A program made the translations under genes and the position numbers. Positions 21,301 through 34,040 of a DNA stretch of 64,000 nt are shown in pieces. The stretch spans positions 1-64,000 of the forward strand of contig NIVC01000026.1 of the NCBI GenBank assembly GCA_002269645.1, read 5' to 3'. This stretch comes from Macrostomum lignano. Its lineage: Eukaryota. Each line of letters opens with the position of its first letter. Within the stretch, counting starts at the first letter, position 1. The notes beneath the pieces were generated by a model. That model worked only from the letters and a program-made list of their open reading frames with translations, searched no databases and was not told the origin of the DNA.

Positions 21301-24300
21301 ATCTCACCCTAGATTTTGAATGCACGCAAAAAATCTCACCCTAGATTTTGAATGCACACAAAAAATCTCACCCTAGATTTTGAATGCACGCAAAAAATCT
21401 CACCCTAGATTTTGAATGCACGCAAAAAATCTCACCCTAGATTTTGAATGCACACAAAAAATATCACCCTAGATTTTGAATGCACACAAAAAATCTCACC
21501 CTAGATATTGAATTCACGCAAAAAATCTCACCCTAGATTTTGAATGAACGCAAAAAATCTCACCCTAGATATTGAATTCACGCAAAAAATCTCACCCTAG
21601 ATTTTGAATGAACGCAAAAAATCTAACCCTAGATTTTGAATGAACGCTAAAAATCTCACACTAGATTTTGAATGTACGCAAAAAATCTCACGCTAGATTT
21701 TGAATGCACCCAAGAAATCTCACCCTAGCATCGCGCATCAGTGCCTGCTGCTGTTGCACCTGAGCAGCTGCACAGCCGCCAACAGAAGCTGGCGCAGACA
21801 TTGAAGCCGTTGCAGGCGGAGCAGAAGACGCCGACAAAGAATTCTGTTGCTGCTGATAAGATCCCGCAGAAGCGGATACTGAAGTGCTCAACGATGCTCC
21901 AGAAGTTGACGGAGCAGCTGCGGCAGCAACAGAAGTATTGACAGATGAAGCTAAAGATGCTGCAGGAGTAACCGAAGTCGGCGTGTGCGGAGTTGAACCA
22001 CCGGGCTGATAGCCGACGCTTCTTGGGCCGCCGATCTGCGCGCCGCCGCTGTTGAAATTATTCTGCGCTGGCGGGCAGCTGTGCGGCTGCTGCGGCTGTT
22101 GATAATGATGATGCTGCTGCTGCAACTCGTGATGCTGCAGCTGAGGCGGATTCTGCTGCTCGTCCTCGAGGCCAGCGGCGGCGGCAGCTTCGGCGGCGGC
22201 GGCTTCAGCCTCGGCTTCCTCCTCAGGCGGCACGGGCTCGTTGCGGGCTTTGCGAAGTTCCCGACAGTGCAGCCGCTCCATGCGCTGCAGGCAGTCGGGC
22301 AGGAGCTCCTCGTTGCCGAGCATGTGGCTGCCCTGGCGCAGATCGGGGACCACGACGTCTAGGAGGAAGCCCTGTAAGCAGTGGATTTGAGGCAGTACTT
22401 TGAGGAGCATTAGATTGTTTCGGGGCCATTCTCAGGGGGAATTAGTCTTTTCTTAGGGGAATTTAAAGGCTATTCTCAGGGGAATTCAGAGCCTATTCTC
22501 AGGGGAATTAAGAAGCTATTCTCAGGGGAATTAAGAGCCTATTCTCAGGGGAATTAAGAAGCTATTCTCAGGGGAATTAAGAGCCTATTCTCAGAAGAAT
22601 TCGGGGCCTATTCTCAGTGGAATTAAGAAGCTATTCTCAGGGGAATTAAGAGCCTATTCTCAGAAGAATTCGGAGCCTATTCTCAGTGGAATTCAGAAGC
22701 TATTCTCAGGGCAATTCATAGCCTATTTTCAGGGGAATTCAGAGGCTATTTTCATGGGAATTAAGAGGCTATTCTCAGGGGAGATAAGAGGCTATTCTCA
22801 GAGGAATTCAGAGCCTCCTTCAGTCAGCATCCAACCAACCTGCAGGAAGCCGCCCAGATCGCGCTCGTTCTCATTCTTGGAGGCCAGCATATCGTTGGTG
22901 AACTTTTCCCAATCCTCAGCGCAGGGTCCGACAACCATCTCGTAGGCCTGCTGAGACGCCGGTGGGCTGGCGCCGCCGCCGCAGCCGCTGCCGACGCTTC
23001 CGACGCTGCAGGGGCCGCCACTGGAGCCGCCTCCGCCTCCGCCGATGCTGTCATCTAAGTCGAATCTCTGCCGATACAATCGGTGATCGTCCAAATAGAA
23101 GTGGCGCCGATTTCTGCGATCGGCGCCGCAATTGATGGCGCCGCAGTCGTCCTGCTGTTGAGAGTCGTAGCGCATCTCCATCTCCCAGTTAGGGATCAGG
23201 TCGTCGTTTAAATAATCAATCACCTTTTTCAATAGGCGGGTTTTCGACTCAAAGCCCAGATCGTCCAGTTTACTAGCTGATAGCTGCTTGGCAATTTGCG
23301 GTCGCTTTTCCTAGAAATGATGCGGCAGAGGAAGGCTTTGAATTCGATGTTGGAAATGTTGTGCAGGAATTAAATAATGACACTATATTCCTAGAAATGA
23401 CACTATATTCCTAGAAATGGCACTATACTCCTAGAGATTGCACTATACTCCTAGGAATGGCACTATACTCCTAGGAATGGCACTATACTCCTAGGAATGG
23501 CACTATAACCCATAATGGCACTTTAACCCCTAGAAAGGGCACTATAACCCATAGAAATGGAACTTATACTCCCAGAAATGGCAACTATACTAATGGAAAT
23601 GGCACTATACTCCTAGAAATGGCACTATACTCCTAGAAATGCCGCTATATCCCTAGGAATGGCACTATACTCCTAGAAATGGCACTATATATCTCTAGGA
23701 ATGGCACTATATCCCTAGAAATGGCACTATATCCATAGAAATGGCACTATATCCCTAGGAATGGCACTATATCCCTAGAAATGGCACTATACTCCTAGAA
23801 ATGGCACTATACTCCTAGAAATGGCACTATACTCCTAGAAATGGCACTATATCACTAGAAATCGCACTTATACTAATAGAATAACTTTACTTCTAAAAAT
23901 GGCGCTGTAAAACTAAAACATTAAAATTTTCAAGAAAAATAAGCAGGTAAATAATGATCAAATTATCCAGCTAGGTACTCACCTGAAAGTACAACGCCAG
24001 CTGCTGCTCAGCATTCTGCATTGTCACATTTGGATCTCCGCCTCGCATGACTCGCAATATCCTGGCCAGAATGTCTCTCAGCACGCCAGTATCCGGATTG
24101 TCCAGCACCCGCTCCAAATCCGTGAGCCGGATTCTTGGAAATCGAAACCGTTTCTTATGGAAGGCTAAGAAATACAATATAGTAGGCAGCTGCCAGTCTT
24201 CTAGGCGACGATTTCTCTGGCCGAAACCGTTCTCGGATAAATTGGCCGACATGTTGGACATTGGGCCATTGGACATTGGCCCGTTGGACATTGGCCCATT

Positions 24301-24330
24301 GGATAATGGCCCGCCATTGGACTGATCCAT
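18368..24330 (-). CDS. Predicted 1245-aa protein: N-terminal CECR2/dikar-like DDT + WHIM module fused to BCL9/Legless-like HD1-HD2-HD3 and Q/P/H/A-rich tail; exons 24330-23983, 23310-22840, 22371-21724, 20789-20607, 20455-18368
   Basis: All four introns are GT-AG and phase 0; total 3738 nt with no internal stop. DDT-like WQLPTILYFLAFHKKRFRFPRIRLTDLERVL; WHIM-like SKLDDLGFESKTRLLKKVIDY, GADRRNRRHFYLDDHRLYRQ, EDWEKFTNDML..NERDL. HD1-like VRVFTSHMANDCARQCL..WH, HD2-like VTPEQLRKREEKIQRIKQI, HD3-like WKDMVRQHY. The exon 2 donor (GTTGGT) is weak. Confidence 0.75.
20930..21723. repeat. 32-bp minisatellite in intron 3 of the DDT-BCL9 gene; each unit contains the 5' splice-site sequence
   Basis: Unit aaaaaatctcaccctagattttgaatgcacgc; on the minus strand it reads ctagg|gtgagatt, identical to the real junction at 21724/21723. 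Confidence 0.95.
22420..22810. repeat. 23-bp minisatellite in intron 2 of the DDT-BCL9 gene
   Basis: Unit ctattctcaggggaattaagag(c/a). Confidence 0.9.
23378..23880. repeat. 20-bp minisatellite in intron 1 of the DDT-BCL9 gene
   Basis: Unit cactatactcctagaaatgg; on the minus strand catttctag|g matches the real acceptor at 23311/23310. Confidence 0.9.
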
Positions 24331-24519
24331 CACTGTAGGATGGCTGCTGACTGCCCGTTTGCGACTCTCTGGAGTAGTAATGAATTCATTAGCCGGGTGA
24401 TTTTGTGTTTTGTTGTGTTTTTAATCCAATATCAGTCTACTACCAGTAATATTATTAGGACTTGTGCATACTGAGAATTCAAGTTCATGTTAATTATGCG
24501 ATAGTTGTAACTTAAAAGC

Positions 24520-24705
24520 GTATCTATCCATCTATCTATCTATCTGTCTATCCGTCCATCTATCTATCTATCTATCTGTCTGTCTGTCTATTTATCTATC
24601 TGTCTATCTATCTATCTATCTATCTGTCTATCTGTTTATCTATCTATATATCTATCTGTCTATCTATCTATATATCTATCTATCTATCTATCTGTCTATC
24701 CATCC

Positions 24706-24765
<60 letters not shown>

Positions 24766-24793
24766 GTCTGTCTATCCATCCATCCATCCATCC

Positions 24794-24865
<72 letters not shown>

Positions 24866-25002
24866 GTCTATCTGTTTATCTATCTATATATCTATCTGTC
24901 TATCTATCTATCTATCTGTCTATCTGTTTATCTATCTATCTATCCATCTATCTATCTATCTATCTATCTATCCATCTATCTATCTATCTGTTTATCTATC
25001 TG

Positions 25003-25061
<59 letters not shown>

Positions 25062-25245
25062 GTCTATCTGTTTATCTATCTATCTATCCATCTATCTATC
25101 TATCTATCTATCATCTGTCCATCCATCCATCTATCTATCTATCCATCTATCTATCTATCCATCTATATATCTATCTATCTATCTGTCTATCCATCCATCT
25201 ATCTATCTATCTATCTATCTGTCTATCTATATATCTATATATCGA
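24520..25245. repeat. (TATC)n / GATA microsatellite, ~720 bp
   Basis: Direct reading, with TGTC and TCCA variants. Confidence 0.95.
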
Positions 25246-26029
25246 TCTACTTTTGCCTATTTATATTAGTTATCATTCATCAGTGCACTAGAAGAATTAT
25301 ACTAGCTTGTAAGTTTAAGCTTCAATTCAGAATAACTTGCTGTTATTACAGCAAGTCTAAATGAAAGATAAATGTACACAAGGGAAAATAAATTATCGTA
25401 TTATATAAATGCACTGCTACTGGAAGCAGGAAAAAGCCACGCCACTGCCAAACACACGATTATTATTATTATAACTGTCAGACCCGCTGCCATCCTCTCG
25501 AACACACATGCACCCATCAGATGTCGGAAAACAAACCGTTGACCGAAAAAACCCTTTCCCAAGTTTCTTTCTTAGTAGACGTAGCTAAAAGCTAAAAAAA
25601 TATAGAAATCTCTGTAAAGGAAAAGCGCATTAAAATACTCAGCTAGGGAGGGCAACAGACCCCAATGCAAGAAAGTGGAGATGCATGCCACTTCTAGAAG
25701 TAAATTTCGGCATTTCAAAAATAGAATTTGCTATTGGGCTGGTGTTGGTGCAGCGGTGGAACGCATGTATATATATTGTATATATTGCTAATGCTTATGT
25801 GCGCGCATCAGCTGCAAATCTTTCACTACATACTCGTACAAACTTTGGTGCGCGTCTCTCTAGGGCCAAATAGGAAAGCCGGGGATGCAGCGGGAAAAGG
25901 GCTGGAAGCCTGAAGTGTTTTAACTTATTGGGCATTCGCACACAAGTGCTGCCTATGCACCTAGCATTGCTATCGCTAGACATTGCTGGCATTTAACATT
26001 GAATTCTCTCATTTTAACTGCGCTGGTAT

Positions 26030-26600
26030 TCTATGCCGCTTCTCTTGACTGTCTCTGCCGTTTCTCTTCCCGTTGTTTGCCGCTTCTATTGCCTTTCTAT
26101 GCCGCTTCTCTTGCCTTTTTCTGTCGTTTCTCTTGCCTTTCTTTGCCGTTTCTCTTCCCTTTCTTTACCGTTTCTCTTCCTTTTCTTTGCCGTTTCTATT
26201 GCCTTTCTATGCCGCTTCTCTTGCCTTTTTCTGTCGTTTCTCTTGCCGTTTCTCTTCCCTTTCTTAACCGTTTCTCTTCCTTTTCTTTGCCGTTTCTATT
26301 GCCTTTCTATGCCGCTTCTCTTGCCTTTTTCTGTCGTTTCTCTTGCCGTTTCTCTTCCCTTTCTTAACCGTTTCTCTTCCTTTTCTTTGCCGTTTCTATT
26401 GCCTTTCTATGCCGCTTCTCTTGCCTTTTTCTGTCGTTTCTCTTGCCTTTCTTTGCCGTTTCTCTTCCCTTTCTTTACCGTTTCTGTTCCTTTTCTTTGC
26501 CGTTTCTCTTCCCTTTCTCTGCCCTCTATACTGTCTCTTCCCTTTCTCTTCTGTTTTTCTTCCCATTCTCTACCGTTTCTCTTCCCTTTCTGTTCCCTTT
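26030..26600. repeat. Pyrimidine-rich ~11-bp degenerate tandem repeat with higher-order units
   Basis: ccgtttctctt / gccgtttctatt / gccttttctgt variants. Confidence 0.85.
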
Positions 26601-28278
26601 ACTCAGTCGCATCTGTTTTCTATCATTTCTGCTCATCCTTCTTATTATTAACCTCATCTCATTTTACAAGCTCAAAACCTTGTTAAACAGAAAAATTTTC
26701 ACACCAAAAATGCAACGAATTTTCACATGAATAAAGCTATTGTGCTGTAGTTCTACAGCACAGAACAACTGGACAGTCAAAAACATTCCACTTTAGTTTT
26801 GTTAACCAAAATTAAGCATTAAAGCTTGCCTAACCCACTAAACTAAGCAATGAACACAGTTGGTATTTTGCGAGAGCGACAGATACAGAAGTAGGAGTGA
26901 CGTATTTGACTGAGAATGGAATTAAGACGAGAGAGAGAGAGAGAGATACTGGGACAGACGATATACATATTTCAAGTGTACAGCTTTTTTTTCTTCAAAG
27001 AATGAGCTAGTTAAGTGGTAAAGCAACGAATTTTATTAGTGGTTAGGAAAGAAAATGCTTCACTGTGTATTTTCTGATTGGCATAGTGTCAGGAGAGATG
27101 GCAAGAAAAATTCAACTTGTATAACACTCATAACACACACGCTCCCACCGTGTACGGAGGCTTTGTTGACTTTCTAATTTTCAGGCATGTGCACTCCCTG
27201 TGCCTTGGGGGTTGGTCATCCCCCATATATAAACACCATTAGCCACTAGCCTATGTCTCTAATCTCTATCCCTCTCCGCATTATTAATACAACCGGAGTG
27301 AAGCCCTCCTTCATCTCTCTCCCACAGACCAGGCCGAGTCTTGTGTGTTCCCCTTCTCTCCCCCAGCTTCTCTATGTCGAATCCCAACATCATCCTAACC
27401 CTTTACAGTCCACACGCACACAACTGCACACACAGCCAGACCTGTGCCCTCCCCGCTCTTCTCTCCTCTCTCGCTCTCTAGCAAGATACGCTTAACTCTT
27501 CTTTCTGTCTAACCATAGCTAGTTCCCAGAAATCTCCCCGAGCTCTCCAAGCCGTTCAAAGCCTTTTTTCTTGCCCTTACTTACCGCCGACTCAGCCAGA
27601 GGCCAATCAAGCTTGCTACCGTCTCTCTTCTCTCGCTCCTCTCCATTCATTTTTTGCGTATCCAATCCACTGCTCACTCGCTATTGCCCTAGAACCTCGT
27701 CCACCTTACTTTTCCCAGCAATATACCAAACAATAAACCAAAAAATTAATATACCGCCTAATAATGTACCTATTAGTCAAAACTTTACAAAATCGAATAG
27801 TTTCTGACCGTCTCTGTATCGCTCCCTCAATTGCAGTTAAACAAAACTCCCAAATGTCACTGGGGCCCGGGGCACAGTGCTTCCCAAACTCCCAATCTCA
27901 ATGCTAACCCTGGATACAGGCATCCAGGCATAAATAACGGGGGACGAAAAAACCGCTTGGCTCACAACGCAAGGGAAGGAAGGATCCGCAGACATGACGC
28001 TTGTGGAGTAAATGGAGGGTAGAGATTCTGTGAAGCCTGAAAGAAGAACAGAGAATATAAGTTAAGCCAGGGACTTCTCTATATAGCATCTGGACTGGAA
28101 GCTCCCCACCCGCATTTACCTTAGAGGGGCAAAAGCCCTTCCCAAAATAGCTTAGATCCTAGTTACATCGTATATTAGATAGCTGGCCATTATGCACTTA
28201 TTGTTATATAAATCATGAGCCTAATAAAAATTCATTCAGAATGATTTAGATTTCTTTTTTTAAAAATTTCGATTATTA

Positions 28279-29355
28279 AAAATTTCGATTTTCGATTTCG
28301 ATAAATTTCGATAACTTCGATGCTCTCAACTGAAGGTAGCTTTCGATGTCTAGACCATTCTTTGAACCAACTTTGGCTGAAGCAGACCGAAGGGTTCGAT
28401 CAGATGGAAAACAGAGGACGTCCTGCTCCAGTATTGTCTTATAAGCCGAAGCGCTGGTGGAGTACAGAACATAAGCGAAGATCATGAGCTGCTGTGAATA
28501 TCTCCTTCTGCAGCTCGGCTGCCTGCTGAGTTTCAGCTGCTCCAAAATGAAGCCAACAGTGCGATTCTCAACAAGATTCTCCGCTTCTTCCAGAAGATCT
28601 TGGGCCATGTCAAGCATACGGTTGGCCTTGCCTTCAGCTTTGGCACTGTCAGTGTCTACCTCCAAGTTCTTGACTCTGGACATTATGTTGACTAGTTGAC
28701 TGAGAGTCGATACTTTCCCGTCCGAAAGTAAGTCTCTGAGTCGGGTTGGCTTTAGCAACACTCCATTGACTCCAATAGTGATGCTGTGGTCCTTAGCCAT
28801 GTAGATGTAGCATGAGACATGAAAGGAAGGCTCCATGTTCAGCGCGTAGATGCAGCTGGTCAGCAAGCATGATGGTAAGAAATCCTACCGGTTTTTCTTC
28901 CTCTCGATTCAGTTTTAGCTGCACTTCATCAAGGTAGTCGTCAACGATTGAGTCCGCATCTCGGAACTCATCAATTTGGCCTTGCAGTGCAGTATTTTCT
29001 CTCTCCAAGCGCTGAGTTGATGTTGCCGCAGTTGACCTCGGTTCCGCCTTGGCAGAAGAGAGATAAGTCTATTCGGGAAGATAGACGGCACCGCCCCTGG
29101 CTTCAGACACCGCCTCGACAGTTGGTCCCGGCCCTTCTTGCGGTTCGCGTTGGTGTCCAGAGAGTTTTCCACGAAGTCTTGGGGTGGAAGTGCGCAGAGC
29201 AAATGGTTGAGCTCTTGGTAGGCTCGAAGTTCTGCCTTGGATTTGCTCGCTTCCATTGTTCAAGAAGGACTGCATTGTGCATAGGATAGCCATGAGAGCT
29301 CCTTGTCCGAGGAGGCTCAATTAGTGCAACCCTGTGCTGAGCACGACTTAACCAT
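28279..29355 (-). pseudogene. Decayed THAP-domain / P-element-type transposase 5' remnant
   Basis: ATG at 29355 gives MVKSCSAQGCTN then a TGA stop. THAP C-terminal motif LKPGAVPSIFP. P-element N-terminal-like RRYSQQLMIFAYVLYSTSASAYKTILEQDVLCFPSDRTLR. Frameshifted and truncated before any catalytic domain. Confidence 0.75.
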
Positions 29356-30368
29356 TTTGTTGGAACACAATTGTCAGTGCTTGAAGCAACTGCAGCAGTA
29401 TTGTGAAATTGATGAGGCAGGCACTGAAGGCAAAATTTTCTTTTCCATTATTGTACAGTACAGCCAGCTCGTCAGTATATATAGAACGTGGGAGTGGGAC
29501 TCCCACTCATCACCTCCACTCATGACTCAGTCCGAATAGCAGACTAGTTTTCAAGATAAACGTACATGTTAAAGATTCATTGTTGGGGGATAAAATTTAC
29601 CCCATGAGCTCTTCCCTGCATGCCCCTGAACTTTGCTTCTTTTCTGTGTACAGTGTCTTTGTCATGTTTATGGCCAGCTTGACAGTTAAATTTTTCCTGT
29701 CTCCTTTCCTCCTTCTGGGTCTTTTCTTCTTTTGCCCCTGTGAGGTATAGAGACGGAAAAAAAATTGCGAAGCTTCCAGTCCAGATGCTATATAGAGAAG
29801 TCCTTGGTTAAGCCATCCAACACTCACCCAGTCATCAGTTTCTGTTCCTCTCCTTTGAAAGCCTCTCTTTCTCTCCCCCAACCCGATCTGCCCAAAAGCA
29901 ACCCCAGCGCGAAAAATCCCCAAACCCTAAACCACCCCTTATATGCTAATAGATTCAAAAGGCATCTACTTCCATTTCTCCTCTCGTCCCCCCGACCGTC
30001 TCTCCCACTTTTTTTACCAATAATACCCGCGCACACATACACACGACCGACTACATTTACGCTGCAAAACTAAAGGACCAAGAGAAAGAGTGAATAAGAG
30101 ATGGAGAGAGTGAGGTGGGTGCAGTTTGGGAAATACAGGGAAGCCGGCTTTTGGGGTTGCACTGACTTGAGGAATGAAGAGATGCTGCAAAGAAATTACT
30201 TGCCCAATAATTGCACGGACGATCGGATAGGCTGGCTGACTACCAAATCCCAAATCCCAAGGCAAAATCATCACCCTTGCTATAATCTTCTAGGCTGGAT
30301 TCCTTCTTTTTGTCTTGCCCTAAAAAATTTCCCTATACCCTTTAAAAATAGCCCTTTCAAATATTGCT

Positions 30369-30870
30369 AATGGGCGCCATTTACAACATAGGGGGCGCTA
30401 CTATGTTCTGAAAATGGGCGCCATTTACAACATAGGGGGCGCTACTATGCTCTGAAAATGGGCGCCATTTACAACATAGGGGGCGCTACTATGCTCTGAA
30501 AATGGGCGCCATTTACAACATAGGGGGCGCTACTATGTTCTGAAAAGGGGCGCCATTTACAACATAGGGGGCGCTACTATGTTCTGAAAATGGGCGCCGT
30601 TTTACAACATAGGGGGCGCTACTATGTTCTGAAAATGGGCGCTATTTACAACATAGTAGGCGCTACTATGTTTTGAAAATGGGCGCCATTCACAACATAC
30701 GGGGCGCTACTATGTTTTGAAAATGGGCGCTATTTACAACATAGGGGGCGCTACTATGTTCTGAAAATGGGCGCCATTTACAACATAGGGGGCGCTACTA
30801 TGTTCTGAAAATGGGCGCTATTTACAACATAGGGGGCGCTACTATGTTCTGAAAATGGGCGCTATTTACA
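30369..30870. repeat. 44-bp minisatellite, about 11-12 copies
   Basis: Unit aatgggcgccatttacaacatagggggcgctactatgttctgaa. Confidence 0.95.
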
Positions 30871-31604
30871 ATATACGAGTAGGAGGGGTGCTACTATGCT
30901 CTGTAAAAAGGGGCCATTTTGAAAATACAGGGCGCTAATATGCGGTCCAAAAAATAATAAAATCTAAACAAGACTAAAAACTGAAATGACATTGAATTCC
31001 ATAGACAAAGTCGCTTTTGGTATAGACCTTGTCAGACCAAATGCTATTATCTAGACTTAGACAAAGGCAAACTGAGAATGGTGTCTTGTATCACTTGGCA
31101 TAACGCGATAGAGAGGGGAGAAGGGGTTACAGAGCCATCTGTTCCACAAAGTTGGAAGGCAATGACGCAGAAAGAAACAGACAAGGAGGCGTCACATGAG
31201 GCGTCACCCAACCCACGTGATCGAAAAACACTTGCGCAATGGCCCTGGTCGCGGCTCGCTCGATCAAAGAGCGGCCCTATAAAAGATAGGACCAAGGAGG
31301 ACTAGAACGAGCATTTGGAGTTCATTCATTTCTACTGTAACTCAGTTTAATCGTTTTGACATTATCCAAAAATTGAGCATAGACTAGCAATCTACGCCCC
31401 CCGTTGGGGAGCCAAAGAAATGCTATACACGTTTTTTAATAAGCTACATGTATCCTTGAAATCTTAAAAAATCTCCTGTCAAACCTTGTAAGCCTTGACA
31501 TGTCAGTAATTCCCCCCCCCCAGCTTTAACATATCAACTTCCCCCTTGACATCTCAGCAATGCCCCCAATAAGCCTTGGAAATCTAAAAATATCTGTCAA
31601 CCTT

Positions 31605-31649
31605 CTAACCCTAACCCTAACCCTAACCCTAACCCTAACCTAACCCTAA
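31605..31649. repeat. Short interstitial (TTAGGG)n telomere-like tract, about 7 units
   Basis: ctaaccctaaccctaa... read directly; a degenerate counterpart lies near 31970-32015. Confidence 0.8.
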
Positions 31650-32399
31650 AGCATTGAAATTTCAGTAATTCTCTCTAAGAGTCATAATAGCACTACTACA
31701 GCATTATAGCGATAAGCTTCTTTTATTTTTTACATAACGCTTTTTTATCAGCGATCCCTCGCCTGAGGAGGCATCAAATAATGTAATAAAAAGTTTTCAA
31801 TAAACTACATGTAGCTTCTGACTTTAGCCTTGAAATCTCATTTATACCCCGTGAGCCTTGACATCTCAGCTATTCCCCCCCCGTAAGCCTTGACATGTCA
31901 GCGATGGCCCCCATAAACCTTGAAATCTAAAAAATCCACTGTTAACCTTGAAACCCGATAAAATATAACCCTCAACCCACACCTGACCTAAACCTAACTT
32001 TAACCCAACCTAAAGCCTTGAAATCTCAGCAATTCTTCTCCCCTAAGCCTTGACATTTTAGTGATTCCTTCTTTAAGAATCACAGCACTATAACGATTTC
32101 CACCAAGCTTTGACATCGTAGCAATTCCCAAATGAATCTTTTAACTTCGACATGACTTTTCTTTTATGTATACATAGTGCTACTTTTATTTTTTACATGA
32201 CTCTTCTTCTATCAGCACCCCCCCATGGCGAGCCAACAAAGAATGCAATAAAAATTGAGTAAAGTACATGAACTTTGAAGTAGCTTCTGACTTTTGCTTT
32301 GAGATCCCAGAAACAACCCCCCCCCTCGTAATCTCAGTTATTCTCTGAGAGCCTTTACGTCTCAGTTTTTCTTCCCAGCACAGCATTATAGCTGCATTT

Positions 32400-34040
32400 T
32401 ATTTTTACATGACACCCTTCATGTCTGACATGACGCTTCTTTTGATTTTTACATTACACTTCTTTTATTCTTCCATGATGCTTCTTAATTTTTTAAATGA
32501 CGCTTTCATTAGTTTTTAAATGAGGCTTCTATGATTTTTTCATGACGCTTCTATGATTGTTTACATGACGCTTCTATGCTTTTTACATGACGCTTCTATG
32601 CTTTTTACATGACGCTTCTATGATTATTTCATGACGCTTCTATGATTGTTTACATGACGCTTCTATGATTATTTACATGATGCTTCTACGATTTCTGCAG
32701 GACGCTTCTATGATTTTTACATGATGCTTCTATGATTTTTTCATGACGCTTCTATGATTTTTTCATGACGCTTCCATGATTTTTTACATGACACTTCTAT
32801 GATTTTTACATGACGCTTCCATGATTTTTTCATGACGCTTCTGTGATTGTTTATATGACGCTTTTATGCTTTTTATATGACGCTTCTATGATTTTTACAT
32901 GACGCTTCTAGGTTTTTTATATGACGATTCTATGATTTTTACATGACGCTTCCATGATTTTTTACATGACGCTTCTATGCTTTTTACATGACGCTTCTAT
33001 GATTATTTCAAGACGCTTCTACGATTTCTGCAGGACGCTTCTATGATTTTTACATGACGCTTCCATGATTTTTTCATGACGCTTCTGTGATTGTTTATAT
33101 GACGCTTCTATGCTTTTTATATGACGATTCTATGATTTTTACATGACGCTTCTATGATTTTTACATGACGTTTCTATGATTTTTTCATGACGCTCCAATG
33201 TTTTTTTCATGACGCTTCTATGATTTTTTCATGACGCTTCTATGATTTTTACATGACGCTACTATGATTTTTACATGACGCTTCCATGATTTTTTACATG
33301 ACGCTTCTATGATTTTTACATGACGCTTCTATGATTATTTCATGACGCTTCTACGATATCTGCAGGACGCTTCTATGATTTTTTACATGACGCTTCTATG
33401 ATTTTTACATGACGCTTCCATGATTTTTTACATGACGCTTCTATGCTTTTTATATGACGATTCTATGATTTTTACATGACGTTTCTATGATTTTTTCATG
33501 ACGCTCCAATGTTTTTTTCATGACGCTTCTATGATTTTTTTCATGACGCTTCTATGATTTTTACATGACGCTACTATGATTTTTACATGACGCTTCCATG
33601 ATTTTTTACATGACGCTTCTATGCTTTTTACATGACGCTTCTATGATTATTTCATGACGTTTCTACGATATCTGCAGGACGCTTCTATGATTTTTTACAT
33701 GACGCTTCTATGATTTTTTACATGACGCTTCTATGATTGTTTACATGACGCTTCTATGATTGTTTACATGACGCTTCTATGATTTTTTACATGACGCTTC
33801 TATGATTGTTTACATGACGCTTCTATGATTTTTTACATGACGCTTCTATGATTGTTTACATGACGCTTCTATGATTTTTTACATGACGCTTCTATGATTT
33901 TTTACATGACGCTTCTATGATTGTTTACATGACGCTTCTATGATTTTTTACATGACGCTTCTATGATATTTTCATGACGCTTCTATGATTTTTTACATGA
34001 CGCTTCTATGATTTTTTACATGACGCTTCTATGATTTTTT
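32400..34040. repeat. ~22-bp minisatellite, ~1.6 kb
   Basis: Unit catgacgcttctatgattttt(t)a. Confidence 0.95.

Noticed and set aside
29317-29319. In-frame TGA in the THAP start as selenocysteine or readthrough
   Set aside because: More simply a CGA-to-TGA deamination in a remnant that also has frameshifts.
27230-30360. Possible decayed non-LTR retrotransposon fragments on the minus strand (GGRG-like words near 27700 and 29995)
   Set aside because: No continuous RT or endonuclease motifs could be read; needs tBLASTx/RepeatMasker.
31040-31330. TATAAAAG-containing GC-rich segment as a solo LTR or promoter
   Set aside because: No TG...CA termini, TSD, partner LTR or downstream ORF identified.
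31605-31649. True telomere or chromosome fusion site
   Set aside because: Only about 7 units, one orientation, embedded in a dispersed repeat.
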